Assembly (NCBI GenBank): GCA_004431415.1 | Contig: QPMI01000496.1 | Span: 248,001-312,000 of the forward strand | Source of the DNA: Cyanophora paradoxa CCMP329 | Taxonomy: Eukaryota > Plantae > Glaucophyta | Direction of reading: 5' to 3' | DNA length: 64,000 nucleotides | Shown here: positions 61,401 to 64,000 of the stretch, one piece after another | How positions within the stretch are numbered: the stretch's first letter is position 1 | Layout of the letters: every line of letters starts with the position of its first letter | Notes under the pieces: model-generated | The model's database searches: none | What the model saw: only the letters and a program-made list of their open reading frames with translations | What the model was told of the DNA's origin: nothing | Position numbers and translations under genes: made by a program

Positions 61401-64000
61401 TGCAGAATTAGCGGCGGCACTTGCGAATTACTTACCTCTTACAGGTGGGACTGTCAATGGAACCGTAAACGCTACCACTCTACAAATTGGTGGAACCACA
61501 ATACCGAAAGGTTTCGAATTCGATCAGTTAGATAGTGTTTCGACCGATCGCAGCGCAAATAATTGGACAGTCAATTGGACAGGACATAGAACAGGACTAA
61601 CAGGCTGTTATACTACACCAGAAAATGACGCTGATAGCAGCGGTTGTTGGATGCGTTGGACAATCCCAGAAGGTATGAAATCGTTTTACATTCAACTTTT
61701 AAATTGGCATAATTGTAGATATTTCGACATCTACGGTGAGACCGTTAATGGACACCAACATTTCCTAAGACGTGTGAATAACTATCAAGCAATACAAGAT
61801 AGCGGAATTCAAGATGGAACCTATAATGCTATTATATACACTTCTATTAACTGTGATTTCTATAAAAAGATTTTAGTGAAAGGTGTGAAAGGACGTATTT
61901 ATTTTACGGGTGTTTTTGGATGGAGTCGACAGAGAGCAACAGATAACAATGTAGGATTAGTGCATTATGATAATATCGCTTTTAATCCTGTCGGCAAATA
62001 TTCCGATTTCGATGTAGTGAGTGGTTGGAATAGCACAGGTGTAGCATTTGTCGGAAGTTGGCAGACCGATTGGAAACCTACAACAGATAACCCAGTAGCA
62101 GGATTTTATAGCACTATACAAAATGAAGAGACGAGCAGTGACTACGCGCAAGTTATAGTGCCGACAGGAATGAAAACATGTCACATCCAATATTTATGTT
62201 GGACGAATGCGAGATATTTCGATATTCAGGGATACCGCAACAGTCGATGGAATCACATTATGAGAGTGAATACTTACCAGAATGTATCAAACACAGCCGA
62301 TACAAATTGGCACGACAGTTTATTATGGACTTCCGTATTTTGTGGGAATTTTACACATATTCGAGTTGTTGCGAGAAAAGGACGAATTCATATCGGATAT
62401 TTTGCATGGACGAAAGAGGTAGGAAGAACCGCACCAGCAAATGGTATGATAAGTTGGGATAATGTGTATAGTAAACCATCTTTTTATTCAGCCGCAGACC
62501 TTCCAGGAACAGCAACATGGGCAATTGATACATGGTTAAAATCAACAGATAACTATTCACGGTTCTATTTTGCAAATGCAAATGCTACATATATTCGAGG
62601 AAGACCCAATGGAGATAATGCGTGCGTTGTATTCAGAAACTCAGCAGATGCTACAATTTTACAATCATATGAAAACGGAAACCTTGCAGTTAACAATACT
62701 TTGTCCGCTCCGACTCTAAGTGGAACAATCATTAATGGAGGTTCAATTAATGCTACTACAAACTATAAATTTGGCGACAAAACAATGCCCCGATGTGTAG
62801 AATATGACGCATCGGTAGCAGGGAATTCCCCACATGGTTATGCAGGAAGTTGGAGTTTTGAAGGTGGAACGTATTGGGAACCCTACTATAATTACGGTGG
62901 GTATGCTTACAATAATGAGAGTGGCGACACTGTTGTTAGCAGCTCATGGGTCGATTACACAATTCCAACTGATATATATACGGGAACAGCCCACTTATTA
63001 TATCTCCCTTGGGTAAATGGTCGTTACTTCGAGATTTGGGGAATCAATAGACAAGGTAATGCGGTTTTCATTGCAAGAGTAAATAGTTATCATCTACATG
63101 AAAGCGCACCAGACGGAAACCACAATGGCATACAAAATATCCCAATCATGCTTGGAAATCGCTTTATTCGCCTTCGTATTATTCCAAAGGTTGGCAGAAT
63201 TCACATTATGGGGATTGGATTTACTCGCAGTTGGACAGGAAGTAGTTATGGTGGACACACAGGTTTTGTTTCTTGGGATAACATTTATAGTAAGCCAAAT
63301 CTACTTACACCGAGTTTAGTCGGAAACATTACAGGTTTCGATACTTGGAGTGGAACAGGTAGTGGCGGTCTATCATTTAGTGGTGGTTGGACAACAGGTT
63401 GGACAGCTTCTGTTTCTAATCCTGTGGATGGATTTTACAGCAATATAGGAGATGAAACGACAAGTGGAGATTGGGCGCAAATTGAAGTTCCCGCTAATAT
63501 GAAATCATGTCACGTTCAATATCTGTGTTGGACAACAAGTAGATATTTCGATATTGGAGGTTATCGAGCGGGTAGATGGTTCCATATTATGCGTGTGAAT
63601 ACTTACCAGGCAATCTCCAATTATGGAACCACAGATTATCATGATGGTTTGGCGTGGGCTTCCTTTGCTTGTGATTATTTCACACACGTAAGATTTGTCG
63701 CAAGAAAAGGACGCTGTTACATTGGAATGGTAGGATGGACAAAAGAAAAAGGGAGAACCTCACCCGCTAATGGTATGATAAGTTGGGATAATGTTTATAG
63801 TAAAGACGCTCGCACCACATGGGCTACCGGAACTTGGATAACATCAGATGAAGGTTATCAGAGAATGTATTTCGGTTCAGCATCAACTACATATATCAGA
63901 GGTCATGCGGCAACAGTAGTAGAGTTTAGAAATGCATCGGATACAAACATAGCATATATCGAACAAAGTGGATACATGTATATTGCGGCATATTTGACAC
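58453..64000 (+). CDS. Giant fibre/spike-like protein (>1,849 aa, 3'-partial), absent from the ORF track
   Basis: ATG 58453, with no in-frame stop found reading to the window end. Phage-fibre motifs NTYDLG...WRNI, WDEIEGKPDTFPPSEHRH, (HTHVKADITDFA)x10, YLPLTGGTVNG and WDNVYSKP; repeated Trp/Tyr-rich beta domains. Confidence 0.9.
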   Translation, partial: MSYVVKKPLHLRSDSSESVDDRLINIGVYGSAQIDFNADRDINRTESTRPAALILKNSHIAAPDVTQRFALGVPENVVAEIVGTRTVPRRLRIAKSGLVSRFDSGRLIFKVQNEKGIHAAALRLVDESDALANKTAAQVPGRILVGAGDSEISSSIAAFPTDLLAPAASATNSLFGFNAEALNDGPQPKLSLASDAATLSPSLIEADRHSIPHKHNTYDLGLRTRQWRNIHGTSIYQDGDKVITRPEIINILNYYFPIIPIPPIPQIPGLPKRPEPEPNKERVADESIAFGQNIVSWEAVRNRPVLKTYKHPHEEYLPPDIEPFPLELQPEPADQVIPDGLDVQEIEYDQPRIPHEELLPEGFEPQLIEAFTFWDDIRERPQAFPPAEHRHDVDWDEIEGKPDTFPPSEHRHEWGDLDNVPLTFPPDVHRHNWDEIDLQPTFASAGNIMTDGTNGVSLYQNINIEERLRLSEYYLNRRGIDAGTTMEGEIYIRPPRRIDLIGAGGGVEVRDTKPGIFLTSYYADDIPMTMGLPPLPSDPISYANNNATIQINVTNVSDFDASRPKLIFSREQLAAETLLGNRDDYKQCEIAWIKTNYNGAVPEGLLEINQRASAKNIHNENISRVVTEDYFRWENIPSPPLKFPPEDHTHIKADITDFAHTHVKADITDFAHTHVKADITDFAHTHVKADITDFAHTHVKADITDFAHTHVKADITDFAHTHVKADITDFAHTHVKADITDFAHTHTKADISDFAHTHTKADISDFAHRHNWDEIDLQPTFASTGNVLTDGTNGVSLYQNINTPARLLLSSYYVNRKGIDAGTTMEGELYIRPPTRTTLVAAGGNFGLTDTQPGIYLTSYYDNEITLTAGLPPLPSDPAAYDNKDAAIQINVTDVSATDASRPKLIFTRSKFNYAPLAGTPTDDHGRCEMAWIKTTSGGALEVNQRMAAKNLHNTTLSGVVTDDYLTNKGYLTSADLSSYATDAELAAALANYLPLTGGTVNGTVNATTLQIGGTTIPKGFEFDQLDSVSTDRSANNWTVNWTGHRTGLTGCYTTPENDADSSGCWMRWTIPEGMKSFYIQLLNWHNCRYFDIYGETVNGHQHFLRRVNNYQAIQDSGIQDGTYNAIIYTSINCDFYKKILVKGVKGRIYFTGVFGWSRQRATDNNVGLVHYDNIAFNPVGKYSDFDVVSGWNSTGVAFVGSWQTDWKPTTDNPVAGFYSTIQNEETSSDYAQVIVPTGMKTCHIQYLCWTNARYFDIQGYRNSRWNHIMRVNTYQNVSNTADTNWHDSLLWTSVFCGNFTHIRVVARKGRIHIGYFAWTKEVGRTAPANGMISWDNVYSKPSFYSAADLPGTATWAIDTWLKSTDNYSRFYFANANATYIRGRPNGDNACVVFRNSADATILQSYENGNLAVNNTLSAPTLSGTIINGGSINATTNYKFGDKTMPRCVEYDASVAGNSPHGYAGSWSFEGGTYWEPYYNYGGYAYNNESGDTVVSSSWVDYTIPTDIYTGTAHLLYLPWVNGRYFEIWGINRQGNAVFIARVNSYHLHESAPDGNHNGIQNIPIMLGNRFIRLRIIPKVGRIHIMGIGFTRSWTGSSYGGHTGFVSWDNIYSKPNLLTPSLVGNITGFDTWSGTGSGGLSFSGGWTTGWTASVSNPVDGFYSNIGDETTSGDWAQIEVPANMKSCHVQYLCWTTSRYFDIGGYRAGRWFHIMRVNTYQAISNYGTTDYHDGLAWASFACDYFTHVRFVARKGRCYIGMVGWTKEKGRTSPANGMISWDNVYSKDARTTWATGTWITSDEGYQRMYFGSASTTYIRGHAATVVEFRNASDTNIAYIEQSGYMYIAAYLT
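60394..60753 (+). repeat. Ten 36-bp coding tandem repeats (HTHxKADI[T/S]DFA) in the fibre shaft
   Basis: Exact 36-nt periodicity from 60394 to 60753, with mostly synonymous variation. Confidence 0.95.

Larger units (their letters stand above)
51051..64000. mobile_element. Endogenous dsDNA virus (Polinton-like/small Bamfordvirae type); left end approximate, continues past the window
   Basis: Abrupt switch to intronless, tightly packed ORFs with lower GC; cluster of packaging ATPase, major capsid, two minor capsids, lipase and fibre; element-specific repeats. Confidence 0.9.

Noticed and set aside
61990-63804. Diversity-generating retroelement TR/VR pair (similar domains B2 and B4 of the fibre)
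   Set aside because: Differences involve all four bases and are often synonymous. Both copies are in-frame coding, and no reverse transcriptase is in the window.
1-64000. Naming the host organism (a glaucophyte would fit the high GC, short introns and dacB)
   Set aside because: Suggestive only; it needs a SNU114 phylogeny or a database match that I cannot run.

Overview
This is eukaryotic nuclear DNA from a very GC-rich, intron-dense protist-type genome. Positions 1-~51,050 carry host genes with short (~55-70 nt) introns, many of them GC-AG. In order these genes encode a TmcB-like protein, a NOP2/Sun methyltransferase, SNU114/EFTUD2, a chorein-N/BLTP3-like lipid-transfer protein, a RING coiled-coil protein, a GOST/TMEM87-like 7TM protein, an unknown membrane protein, a NACHT-pentapeptide-WD40 NLR-like protein, a prokaryote-type poly-gamma-glutamate hydrolase, an EF-hand protein, a DacB/PBP4 D-Ala-D-Ala peptidase and a surface protein that appears to lack its 5' end. 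From ~51,050 to the window end lies an intronless, lower-GC endogenous DNA virus (Polinton-like or dwarf-NCLDV type). It encodes an A32-type packaging ATPase, a double jelly-roll major capsid protein, two divergent minor capsid proteins and a patatin-discoidin fusion. It also has a >1,849-codon mosaic fibre ORF that the ORF track missed because it has no stop in the window. A 155-bp perfect direct repeat built from micro-repeats, and followed by hairpin repeats, brackets the virion module. All assignments come from motif recognition by eye; no database searches were run, and host gene starts and ends are approximate.
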